From the NCBI RefSeq assembly GCF_006345805.1, contig NC_042999.1, forward strand, positions 20,522,001 through 20,586,000: DNA of 64,000 nucleotides, given 5' to 3'. The notes below the pieces were generated by a model. It did not search any database and was not told where the DNA came from. It saw only the letters and a program-made list of their open reading frames with translations. Shown here piece by piece: positions 38,644-50,653 of this stretch; the first letter of the stretch is position 1; the number at the start of each line of letters is the position of its first letter. Both the position numbers and the translations under genes were made by a program. The DNA comes from Octopus sinensis (lineage: Eukaryota).

Positions 38644-40074
38644 TACATGTAAGTTCTCTAGACATCCTAGTGTTTGAGGCTATACTCATGAAGTAATGTA
38701 GATAATTAACAGATTTCTAAAGTTCATTAAAGTTCTTTAAAGATGATGTACAGTCTTATCACAGAATTTTAAAAAAGTTTGATAGCATCACAGAGAAGGT
38801 GACCTAATCCATATGAATTTCCATAGATATGATGAGGGATTATATACTCACAGAAGACAAATTTATCCATTGTTAATTACAACGAGGTGGGTCTCAATTC
38901 CTGCTTATTAGCATTACAGAGAGGGTGAATTAATCCTTTGTATATATGCACAGATTCCAATGGTGTAGATGTAAATTTCCAGAGAAATGGAGATGAATTT
39001 CATATTCACAGGCGATAAATTTTACAATGGTTGAACACAATGAGGTAGGTATCAATCCTTGTTATATGATTAGGTGTTTGCCACATTAATCACATTACTG
39101 CTATTCACAAGAGGCTGTAGCTATTTAACTCTTAAGGCTGAAGGGCTTACTAGATCGGCCAAGAATAGAGAAGGGAATAGAAGAAAAGAGAGAAAATAAT
39201 GGAGGAGGGAGCAAAAAGGGGGGGGGGAGAGGGTGACTAAAAGAGAAGAGAAAAGGAAACAGAGAATAAGAAGAAGAAAAAGAAAAAAGAGAAAAGAGAA
39301 AGAAATAGGGAAGAAGGGAAAAAAAGAAAAAGAAAAAAAGAGGGTTCTAGCTATACAGAAGAGTTAGTAGACTGTAAGTCTGGTTTTAATCAACAGGCAT
39401 CTAGGAACTAGAGGAGAATATTATCTTTGACCAGTAAACCGTTAATTTATTGCTGTTGAAATCAGCTATGAGTTTAAAGAGAATCTAAAGAGATAACACA
39501 GTCAGGGGTTAAGGGGTCAGATGCTAAAATCACCAGAAAATACATTAGGAAAATCTAAGTATAATCTTATCAAAAAGTCATTAAAAATTTACTTATTTAA
39601 TTTATTCATTTATTGTCTTAAGGAGTTGTCGTTATTATTCATACATTGACTGACTACAGGTCAATCTTATAAGATCATTTACAAGGTGTTAGGGTATTGT
39701 CTATCATAATGAAGATAATCATATTATCACCGAGGGAATAGCCTTATTTATTTAATTATGAAATAGAATTATGGGGCTACAGTAACTAATTATAATTTAT
39801 TAGAGTTATGCTATTAAATTAGATTAAGTTAGGAATTAAAATAAATATTACAATTAAGATTTAAAATTAAGAATTAAAAATTGTGAGTTGAAATTAAATA
39901 AAGCCTCAATTAGGTAGCGAATAAGTACTATTCATTTCCTGTTCTCAAAAAACTGATGCAGATATAAGGAAAAAGATAAAGATAACTGTAAGTGAGAACA
40001 CTTAGTTATCTACTTAAAGCAGTGCTATACTAGTAGAAATCAAGTTATATCTATCTTTCTAGTTATGAATATTT

Positions 40075-40568
40075 CCAATCATTTAAAATATTTTAAAGTC
40101 TTCAATTTAGCGTGGACACAAACTTGACCTAGTTCGATATGGTTATTCAATAAGTTTCTATGTTTACTATGCTTTAGAATTTCGTACGTCTCCATGGAGC
40201 ATAGTTGACAACCAACCCTACTATTTTTATACGGAATTGCTCTCCTAACTATTTCCCAATTAAGGGTATAATTTTTATTATTATTTTTGAGTTCCCAGAT
40301 TTGTTTGAAAGTGTGGTGGTACCAGCTTTATGACGTAATTTAAAAGTCGAGATGTGATTTCTAACTCTAGCTAAAAAATTAATTGTACAGCCAATGTAAA
40401 AATATTTGTTATTCTCCGTGGATATGGTACATTTATAGATTACATTATTTCCCTACATAGACCAGGTGCCGGGCATTTTGATTTTATTCTACACTTACAC
40501 ACAGGAGGAACAACTTCAGGCCTTGGATTATTCCTGGGTAGATGTTTAAGGTTCCTATTATTTTGATT
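40075..40568 (-). pseudogene. PLE GIY-YIG endonuclease C-terminal fragment
   Basis: Reverse complement translates to PGLC.ENNVIYKCTISTENNKYFYIGCT.. and CQLCSMETYEILKH. Confidence 0.85.
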
Positions 40569-42252
40569 AATCAAAATAATAGGAACCTTAAACATCTGGG
40601 AACTCAAAAATAATAATAAAAATTATACCCTTAATTGGGAAATAGTTAGGAGAGCAATTCCGTATAAAAATAGTAGGGTTGGTTGTCAACTATGCTCCAT
40701 GGAGACGTACGAAATTCTAAAGCATAGTAAACATAGAAACTTATTGAATAACCATATCGAACTAGGTCAAGTTTGTGTCCACGCTAAATTGAAGACTTTA
40801 AATATTTTAAATGATTGGAATATTCATAACTAGATAGATAGATATAACTTGATTTCTACTAGTATAGCACTGCTTTAAGTAGATAACTAAGTGTTCTCAC
40901 ATTACAGTTATCTTTATCTTTTTCCTTATATCTGCATCAGTTTTTTGAGAACAGGGAAATGAATAGTACTTATTCGCTACCTAATTGAGGCTTTATTAAT
41001 TTCAAACTCACAATTTTTAAATTCTTAATTTTAAATCTTAATTGTAATATTTAATTTTAATTCCTACTTAATCTAATTTAAATAGCATAACTCTAATAAA
41101 TTATAATTAGTTACTGTAGCCCCATAATTCTATTTCATAATTAAATAAATAAGGCTATTCCCTCGGTGATAATATGATTATCTTCATTATGATAGACAAT
41201 CCCTAACACCTTGTAAATGATCTTATAAGATTTGACCTGTAGTCAGTCAATGTATGAATAATAACGACAACTCCTTAAGACAATAAAATGAATAAATTAA
41301 ATAAGTAAATTTTTAATGACTTTTTGATAAGATTATACTTAGATTTTCCTAATGTATTTTCTGGTGATTTTAGCATCTGACCCCTTAACCCCTGACTGTG
41401 TTATCTCTTTAGATTCTCTTTAAACTCATAGCTGATTTCAACAGCAATAAATTAACGGTTTACTGGTCAAAAATAATATTCCCTCTAGTTCCTAGATGCC
41501 TGTTGATTAAAACCAGACTTACAGTCTACTAACTCTTCTGTATAGCTAGAACCTCTTTTTTTTCTTTTTCTTATTTCTCTTCTTTCCCTATTTCTTTCTC
41601 TTTTCTCTTTTTTCTTTTTCTTCTTCTTATTCTCTGTTTCCTTTTCTCTTCTCTTTTAGTCACCCTCTCCCCCCCCCCTTTTTGCTCCCTCCTCCATTAT
41701 TTTCTCTCTTTTCTTCTATTCCCTTCTCTATTCTTGGCCGATCTAGTAAGCCCTTCAGCCTTTAAGAGTTAAATAGCTACAGCCTCTTGTGAATAGCAGT
41801 AATGTGATTAATGTGGCAACACCTAATCATATAACAAGGATTGATACCTACCTCATTGTGTTCAACCATTGTAAAATTTATCGCCTGTGAATATGAAATT
41901 CATCTCCATTTCTCTGGAAATTTACATCTACACCATTGGAATCTGTGCATATATACAAAGGATTAATTCACCCTCTCTGTAATGCTAATAAGCAGGAATT
42001 GAGACCCACCTCGTTGTAATTAACAATGGATAAATTTGTCTTCTGTGAGTATATAATCCCTCATCATATCTATGAAATTCATATGGATTAGGTCACCTTC
42101 TCTGTGATGCTATCAAAACTTTTTTAAAATTCTGTGATAAGACTGTACATCATCTTTAAAGAACTTTAATGAACTTTAGAAATCTGTTTAATTATCTACA
42201 TTACTTCATGAGTATAGCTCAAACACTAGGATGTCTAGAGAACTTACATGTA

Positions 42253-42343
42253 TTTTAGCTGATGAGTACGGGACTCGTTTATATGCTGTAATCTTTGCAA
42301 CTTTTAATAAAACCTGTCCTTGTATGAAACGATCGTACTAAAA
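42253..42343 (+). ncRNA. Type I hammerhead ribozyme (right arm)
   Basis: ttttag-CTGATGA-gtacgggac...gtccttgtat-GAAAC-gatc-GTA-ctaaaa. Confidence 0.82.
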
Positions 42344-42451
42344 ACCTATTCATTCTTGTTGCTTCTTTCTCGTATATTATATATATATATATATATAAAT
42401 AATATATATGTATATATATACATATGTATTATATATATATTTATATATGTA

Positions 42452-42524
<73 letters not shown>

Positions 42525-42533
42525 TATAATATA

Positions 42534-43363
42534 TATCAGATTGAACAGCCGAAATTTGCTATGATGATTCGGTGTCTGACTGAAGATTGAAGGCTTCGAA
42601 TGATTTGTCTGTGTTCCGTGTTCGTCCCTTCCTGTATTTCACGTTCATTATATATAAAAACATTCATTCTTATATTATTGCGGCGTTACGTGCACCCCCC
42701 TGTTTGTTTGTCCAATTTTAAACCCTGCACGACTTCTATACACACTGTCTTTTCCTACCCGCCATTGCTTCTTCACCAAACTATTTTGGCGCCCTCCGAT
42801 TCTTCCCCCCTCTTCCTCCCATCCTCCTTAATCCCTTCTTTCTCCTTTTCTCTTGGTCACTGATTCTGTCCCCTGCATTCCACCCTCTTTGATTCCCTCT
42901 CTCTCTGTCTCTCTTTCTCTCTCTCTCCTGCGACCTGCTGATTCTTAACCATTCTGTTGGCCATCGTATCTTGACCAACATGTGTCCCCGCTACCGAAAC
43001 GGTAATTATTTCTACGCCAGCTGCTATGTTGTTGTTTTGTCTCATTTGGTCTAAAGTCGTATGACAACCACCGTTATATATATTTTGTTTATTCATTACT
43101 GTTTTCAATTTCGTTTTCGTCTCTTGTATTTACATCCGTCTTGTGCGTTCACATTCCTGTCTTCTACCAAGAAATCTAATGCTTACAGCTTAGTTTTTTT
43201 CTTGGGGCTGGCCGAGTTGGAGCAAATATCAGAATTGAACAGCCGAAATTTGCTATGATGATTCGGTGTCTGACTGAAGATTGAAGGCTTCGAATGATTT
43301 GTCTGTGTTCCGTGTTCGTCCCTTCCTGTATTTCACGTTCATTATATATAAAAACATTCATTC

Positions 43364-43369
<6 letters not shown>
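42534..43369 (+). mobile_element. Non-coding ~693-bp unit with 142-bp terminal direct repeats, embedded in (TA)n
   Basis: 42534-42675 is essentially identical to 43227-43369. Confidence 0.7.
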
Positions 43370-43398
<29 letters not shown>

Positions 43399-43986
43399 GG
43401 GGTGGATTCTGTGTAGAAAATCCGTCCGACTATATGCAGGAATGTTATATATTTAAGTCCATTTTAGAACGGGCTGCTTGTTCATACATCCAGGTCTTCT
43501 ATCGAATTTCAATTACGTTAGTCACTAACATATCTTGACATTTATTAACGAGTTACTTTGCAAGTGACGTTTTGTTTCATTTATTTTTCATGTGAAATGA
43601 CAATCATTTTCATGGTGTGTAGGTTTACTCACGCCTATATATATATATATATATGGATGGATGTGATGTCGATCTGTATATGTCTGTCTGTGGGTATGTG
43701 TGGGTGTATATATGTATAGATATATGTGTGTGTGTTCACACGTATCGATATGATTGTGTTTATACATGTATATATGATGCATATGTGTGTACATGTACAT
43801 ACGTTTACATTATATTACATATACACATCCAGATATGTTTTTCTACACAGACGTGCACAAAAGTGCGTTCACGCACATACATACAGATATATCCACACAA
43901 GTGTACATTTTTATTCATATCTTTACACCCACGCAGAAATTTTTACGTAAAATATGTAAACATGGATACAGAACGTCTATCACTCC

Positions 43987-44006
43987 TATCTATCTATCTA
44001 TCTATG

Positions 44007-44074
<68 letters not shown>

Positions 44075-44075
44075 C
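43987..44075. repeat. (TATC)n microsatellite
   Basis: Direct inspection. Confidence 0.95.
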
Positions 44076-44187
44076 ATCTTTCGATTATATTTATATATCC
44101 AGTTACTTATCTACCTATCTAAGTATCTATACATATGTATATATATATATATATATGTACATGTGTATATATATATATATACATGTA

Positions 44188-44233
<46 letters not shown>

Positions 44234-44703
44234 TTGCATAATAGTGGTTTTATCTCTAATTTATATTTTATACTTTATATATATATATATATATATACAT
44301 GCTATAATTTCACATATACATATATGCACATATTACTTCTAAATGTCAATAACTTCTCATAACATTACGTGTTTTCTTGCCCGCTTTCTCTCTCTCTCTG
44401 GTAACTTTTCTTCCTCACTGATAGGTACAAATACAGATAATCACATGTACACACGTTTAGAAATATAAAAAGAAGCGTTCACATATTTTTAATTATTCAA
44501 CTTTTAGTTTTCCATTTAGGAAAGTGCAGACATTTTATGAAGATATTCCATTTTCAATCTTCTTATGATAAAATATCACATGTTTGACGAGTATAAAATG
44601 TTCACTTGTTATTTTCTGTATTTTACTTTTCCATTCGTTTGTTTGTAGCAGTTTCCGCCATTTCAATTCCAATTCCTTTTCTTCATTCTTGAAGGAATAT
44701 ACT

Positions 44704-44753
<50 letters not shown>

Positions 44754-44921
44754 TACATACATACACACACACACGCAAATATAGATATTTGCACACATTT
44801 CTATATTTCTATATATGAATGCGAGTGCATTATGGCGGATAAGAAGAAAGATTTCAAAGTACACTTTATTCATATATATATATATATATATAAATATATA
44901 TATAATTTTAATTGTTTCATT

Positions 44922-45144
44922 AATTTGACTGCAGCCATGCTGGAGCAGCGCCTTTAGGTGACCAAATTCGCCCCAGGATTTTCTACTTTGTAAGCCTAGT
45001 ACTTATTCTATCGGTTAATTTTGCCGAACCGCTAATTGACGTGTGCGTAAACACACCAGCATCGGTTGTCAAACGATGTTGGGGGGGGGGACAAACACAG
45101 ACACACACAAATATATATATATACATATATACACACACACACAA

Positions 45145-45179
<35 letters not shown>

Positions 45180-45250
45180 CATATATATACAAATACATAT
45201 ACAACGGGCTTCTTCCAGCTTCTCTCTACCAAATCCACTCACTAGGCTTT
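44922..45250 (-). mobile_element. SINE family A, 5'-truncated
   Basis: Reverse complement of the family A 3' two-thirds. Confidence 0.8.
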
Positions 45251-45287
45251 GCCCATATGTATATGTGTGTGCATGTATGTATAATAT

Positions 45288-45365
<78 letters not shown>

Positions 45366-46069
45366 CATATATAGATACATAACTACATGCATATATGCAT
45401 ACGTAAGTTTATCTATATATATGTAAATATATACATACGTGCTCAATATTCCTATTAAATTTATATACATATATATATATATATGTATGTGTGCATGTAT
45501 GTATACACATACACGCACACAAACATATACACACACAAACACATAGACATACATACACACAAATATATGTGTCTAACTATGTTTGTAGGTATACGTGCAG
45601 AACGATGAAATTTCATATGGAAGAACGCCGTACGTTTTCCATTACGTGTTGTGGATTGTCAGAAGTGGTAGATTGCCAGATTAAATGCCTTGAAGCAATT
45701 CTGCTTAATCTGTTTACATGCTAAGTACGTAATTTCTGCTAGGCTGTCATTGCTTTTGTTCCATATGGGGCTCGATAAAATGAAAAATTGTCCATAAACA
45801 GACGCCTAGGATCGATAAAATCGATCTCACGTCAGCTTGTGATAATGCGAGGCATTCTCAGTGATTGAATTGAACTTTTAGTCTGTCATATATTGACTTA
45901 CTCCAATTTTCAGGTTTGCCTTTTTTTTTCATTTGTGATACCTTTTGAATGGTCACAGGTCCGACGCTGGGCTTCTTAGAACACCTAACCGACTGAACTA
46001 ATGTCGGCGCCATTAGAAGGAAACATTTTTAAATACTTTACCAGGAAGTCAAACTGGAAATTATTTTTA

Positions 46070-46378
46070 TTTATGCGCCCTTTTCAAGCCTAGCCAGGCT
46101 CATGGGCCCGGTTTTTCGGTTTCTATGGCGTATGTGTCGCCCCCAGCTGGACGGTACGCCAGTCTATCCCAGAGTTACTCATGTACAGGAAGAAAGAGTG
46201 AAAGAAAGTTGGGGCGAAATATTACAACAGGGGACCCCACCACCCCCTGCCGGAGCCTCGTGGAGCTTTAGGTACTTTCGCTCAATAAACACACACAACG
46301 CCTGGTCTGGGAATCGAAACCACGATCCTTAGAGCGCGAGTCCGCTGCCCTAACCACTGAGCCATTGCGCCTCCACCA
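46070..46378 (-). mobile_element. SINE family C with an RTE-like 3' tail
   Basis: Family C head at 46378. The 3' part (..GCTGGACGGTACGCCAGTC..GGCGTATG) differs from the tail of the 27909 copy. Confidence 0.75.
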
Positions 46379-46417
46379 AACTGCAAATTCAGAAAATAAA
46401 GTGCTTATAATAATATA

Positions 46418-46565
46418 CAGTAATTCCTCGCCATATCGCGGTTCACCTTTCACGGTTTGTTATTTGAACTCACGTCGATTCCTCCGTACTATTTCTACTT
46501 CGCGGATTTTCACCTATCGCAGAGAATTTTGGGGCGTCATACCCGCGATAGTCGAAGGATTACTG
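46418..46565. mobile_element. 148-bp Tc1/mariner-pogo-type MITE, copy 1
   Basis: Imperfect TIRs CAGTAATTCCTCGCCATATCGCGG and CCGCGATAGTCGAAGGATTACTG, preceded by TA. Confidence 0.65.
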
Positions 46566-46666
46566 AATATATAATCCTCCTACCGCGAGTCCGCTGCCCT
46601 AACCACTGGGCCATTGCGCCTCCACCAAAATGCAAATAGAGAAAATAAAGTGCTTATAACAATATA

Positions 46667-46814
46667 CAGTAATTCCTCGCTATATCGCGGTTCACCTCTC
46701 ACGGTTTATTATTTAAGCTCACGTCGATTCCTCCCTAATTTTTCTACTTCGCGGATTTTCACCTATCACAGAGAATTTTGGAACGTCACACCCGCGATAT
46801 TCGAAGGATTACTG
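46667..46814. mobile_element. 148-bp MITE, copy 2 (part of a 249-bp tandem duplication)
   Basis: Same element and same flanks 249 bp downstream. Confidence 0.65.
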
Positions 46815-47349
46815 CATATATGCTCAATATATGTTTTGTGAAGAGAATAGCAGTTTGTAATCTTTCTATCAATGAAAATAAGATAGTTGGAGAATGAGAT
46901 ACTGTTTACATAGTATTCGTAATGAGGGTGACATACATGCATTATAAAACAAAACGCTGTTAGACAGATGGGTGACTACAGAACATGAGAAGAATATAAT
47001 TCATCTCCTGTAGAGACGAATATTCTTACTCCTACTCTTAAGTTCTTTTATCCTAAGAGCTATTTCTTTTTTTTGCTCGAACTTCTACTTTCCGGAATTC
47101 ATTAGCAAAGTATTGTTTTCTTCCCATCTCTGATATTCAGTCGACATCTTTTAGAATTAATAGGCTCCATCTTTTCCCGTTTTGTTGTCCCGTATGCTAC
47201 ACTGGCCTCAAGCCTTGTTTGGGACAAAATCGTATTAAAGTAAAATATTAAACAAGATGTATAAAGTAATCAAGGTTAAGCTGAAAAATATACATTATCA
47301 TTTATTTCTTGATTTTATATCTGGGAATGTTTATATAGACTTTTTCGAA

Positions 47350-47590
47350 TCTCAGACCGGGTGATGTGTGTATTTATAAGCGAAACAATTAAGTTCCACG
47401 TGACACCGGCAGAAGGTAATGCCGAACTTCTGCTGACTCTTTCGCCACAACGTTCTCTCATTCTTTCCTCCCGCATCTTGCAGCTCACCTGCGACGGACC
47501 GGCGTCCCGTCCAGGTGGGGGACCTATACGCCAAGGAAACCAGGAAGCCGGCCCTTATGAGCCAGACATAGCTTGAGAAGGAACAAAAAA
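47350..47590 (+). mobile_element. 5'-truncated family C-like SINE with RTE-like tail
   Basis: CAGACCGGG body and GACGGACCGGCGTCCCGTCCAG..ATACGCCAAGGAAACC tail, related to the reverse complement of 46070-46300. Confidence 0.6.
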
Positions 47591-47994
47591 AATACGGACG
47601 TGTGTTAAATCTCTCATTAAAAGTTTCACTTCACTAGAGCTTCTGTTCCTCGAGTCCACACTTATAAGTACACACGTCCTGAAGCTTCCTAACAGATGTT
47701 ACTCCAAAAGTCTACTCGAATTACGTGTACTTTTATCCGACCCAGATTAGACGTATATAAACGGGTCTACACTGCTAGAACAACAAGAATATGTGGTTTT
47801 TACGTGAACGACAGATTTCAGTATTATCTAATAGTCCTGTGCTTTCTAGTTTAGGTAGGACAACTATTATGAGGTGAGTTTCGCTATAACATACACTAAT
47901 AGCTTATTTTATGGACGACAAAAGGATAAGAAGTTGACCTCAGGGGAATTTAAAGAAATAAATAATGCCGAAGTAAATAATCTATTTTACTCTA

Positions 47995-48600
47995 TGCACA
48001 AGGCCCGAAATTTCAGGGGAGGGGCCATTCGACTAGAATCGCCCCAGTGCGTAACTGGTACTTAATTTATCGACCCCGAAAGGATGAAAGGCAAAGTCGA
48101 CCTCGGCAGAATTTGAACTCAGAACGTATAGATAGACGAATTACCGCTAAGCACTTCGCCCGGCGTGCTAACGTTTCTTATTCCTTTATTGCCCACAAGG
48201 GACAATACGTAGAGGGGACAAACAAGGACAGACAAAGGGATTAAGTCGATCACATCGACTCCAGTACGTAGCTGGTACTTAATTTATCAACCTTCCCGAA
48301 AAGATGAAAAGCAAAATCGACCTCGGCAGAGTTTGAACTCAGAACGTAAAAACAGACGAAATACCTATTTCTTTACTACCCACAAGGGGCTAAACAGAGA
48401 CGGGGCAAACAAGGAGAGACAAACGGATTGAATCGATTATATCGACCCCAGTGCGTAACTGGTATTATTTAATCGAGCCCGAAAGGATGAAAGGTAAATC
48501 GACCTCGGCGGATTTTGAACTCAGAACGTAACGGTAGACGAAATATGGCTACGCATTTCGCTCGGCGTGCTAACGATTCTGGCAGCTCACCGCCCTGCCA
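47995..48600 (-). mobile_element. SINE family B array (three bodies)
   Basis: Repeated ATCGACCCCGAAAGGATGAAAGG cores. Confidence 0.85.
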
Positions 48601-49363
48601 CCTTTTGATATTATCTAATAATGGTTTAAAATGTTGGTACAAAACCAGCAATTTTAGAATGAGGGGGTTATATCCAACCTACTTCTAAACTAACACTTAT
48701 TTCATCAATTCAGATCAGATATAAGGCAAAGCGCACCTTGCAGTAATCAGAACCCAAAACGCCAGAATAGATCAGAGAAAGCTTTTTTTCCCACGCTCTA
48801 ACTATTCTACCAACTCGCCGCATTTTAATACTATTTAATAATAAAAATAAATTACACGCCGTTCTTTTGTGTTCTGCTATTCAGAACGGAACATCGCGTA
48901 TTTGCGTCTGTATATCTGTGTGCCTGCGTGTGTGTCTATGTGTGGGTCACATAGATGGGAATGAAGAGAATGTGATGCGATACAAACTAAAATTATCTTT
49001 ACGAGATAATCCTGTTTATGGTTTTGTTGTGTTTCCTACTTTTTTTAAAATTTAATTTTTGTCAGGTTACTTTGTTGGAACAAGAAACATGTTTACTTCT
49101 ACAATAATTACTACTATTGTTATTCTATTGTGCTTCTGGACAAAACAGCACAAAACTGCCTGATTCAGCTGATTTAGCTAACAACAAGTTTCACGTTGCC
49201 ACTCGACCTACTAGTGTTAGCAGTAAAAAATCTCCCTCAACTTTGACATGACCGTCTTATAAGAAAAAAAAAGAAAAAAAAACGATACATATCGGACAAA
49301 GCAATTTTATATTTTATAAAACGGACAGTCCGTTAGTGCTCTATTTATATTTTCTATTTTTTT

Positions 49364-49825
49364 ACTACCCACGAGGGGCTAAACACAGAGAGGACAAACA
49401 AACGGATTAAGTCAATTATATCGACCCCAGTGCGTAACTGGTACTTATTTATTAAGGCGGCGAGCTGGCAGAAACGTTAGCACGCCGGATGAAATGCTTA
49501 GCGGTATTTCGTCTGTCGTTACGTTGTGAGTTCAAATTCCGCCGAGGTTGACTTTGCCTTTCATCCTTTCGGGGTCGATAAATTAAGTACCAGTTCCGCA
49601 CTGGGGTCGATGTAATCGACTTAATGCCTATGTATGCCCTTGTTTGTCCCCTCTGTGTTTAGCCCCTTGTGGGTAATAAAGAAATAGGTACTTATTTAAT
49701 CGACCCCGAAAGGATGAAAGGCAAAGTCGACCTCGGCGGAATTTGAACTCAGAACGTAGCGGCAGACGAAATACAGCTACGCATTTCGTCCGACGCTCTA
49801 ACGTTTCTGCCAGCTCACCGCCTTC
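49364..49825. mobile_element. Plus-strand SINE B (49456-49686) nested in a minus-strand SINE B
   Basis: TSD GGTACTTATTTA at 49440-49451 and 49687-49698. Confidence 0.85.
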
Positions 49826-50394
49826 TATTTATATTTTCCATTATAGTTTTACACTACCAGAGTCGGCCTGAGGTTAAGCGATAAGCTCAACAATGATATG
49901 GTTCGTTTCATAATAAGAATATGTATCCTCAGCGTTATGGGTACAAAATGCTTAGCGTCATTTCGTCTATCTTTACGTTCTGTGCTCAAATCCACAGAGA
50001 TCAATTTTGTCTTTCATCCTGTAGGGGGTCGATGAAATACGTGCCAGCTGAACACTAAGGTCGACGAAATCGACTTAAAACCTAACCCAAATTTCCTGGC
50101 CTAATGCCAAAGTTTGAAGCCAATTTCAACAGGAAGTCAAATTTTGGCTATTTAAGTTCAAATAACGGCCAGAAGGATTCGTAGCATTTTATGAGACAAT
50201 TTGTTATAAGTGATGTTTTGTTAGGCGAAGTTCTCATCAGTGGTTACACCAAACATTAACATAGAATTTAGAGACAGAATAACACGTGTCGCATCATTAT
50301 ATGTTATAATTTTTCGAATTCACCGCGCAAGCGAGTCAGCAGCAAATGAAGATATGCCGACTATATATAAATATATCACCATAAAATTCTTACA

Positions 50395-50653
50395 CATCGC
50401 TGGTCACAATGCGCTTCGCATAGTTTTCGCCTTCAAACGACGGCACCCCGCTGGCTAAGCGAGCAGGCCAACAGAAGAAAGAGTGAGAGAAAGTTGTGGC
50501 GAAAGAGTACAATAGGGGTCGCCGCCACTCCCTGCCAGATACTCGTAGAGCTTTAGGTGTTTTCGCTCAATAAACACTTACAACGCCCGGTCTGGGAATC
50601 GATCCTACAACCGCGAGTTCGCTGCCCTAACCAGTGGGCCATTGCGCCTCCAC
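50395..50653 (-). mobile_element. SINE family C copy
   Basis: Reverse complement of 27909-28150. Confidence 0.8.

Larger units (their letters stand above)
38406..42372. mobile_element. PLE family-1 fold-back: two inverted 3' halves forming a ~4 kb quasi-palindrome
   Basis: 38524-40300 is the reverse complement of 40594-42372. Both are homologous to 11230-13040. TA repeats at both outer ends. Confidence 0.92.
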
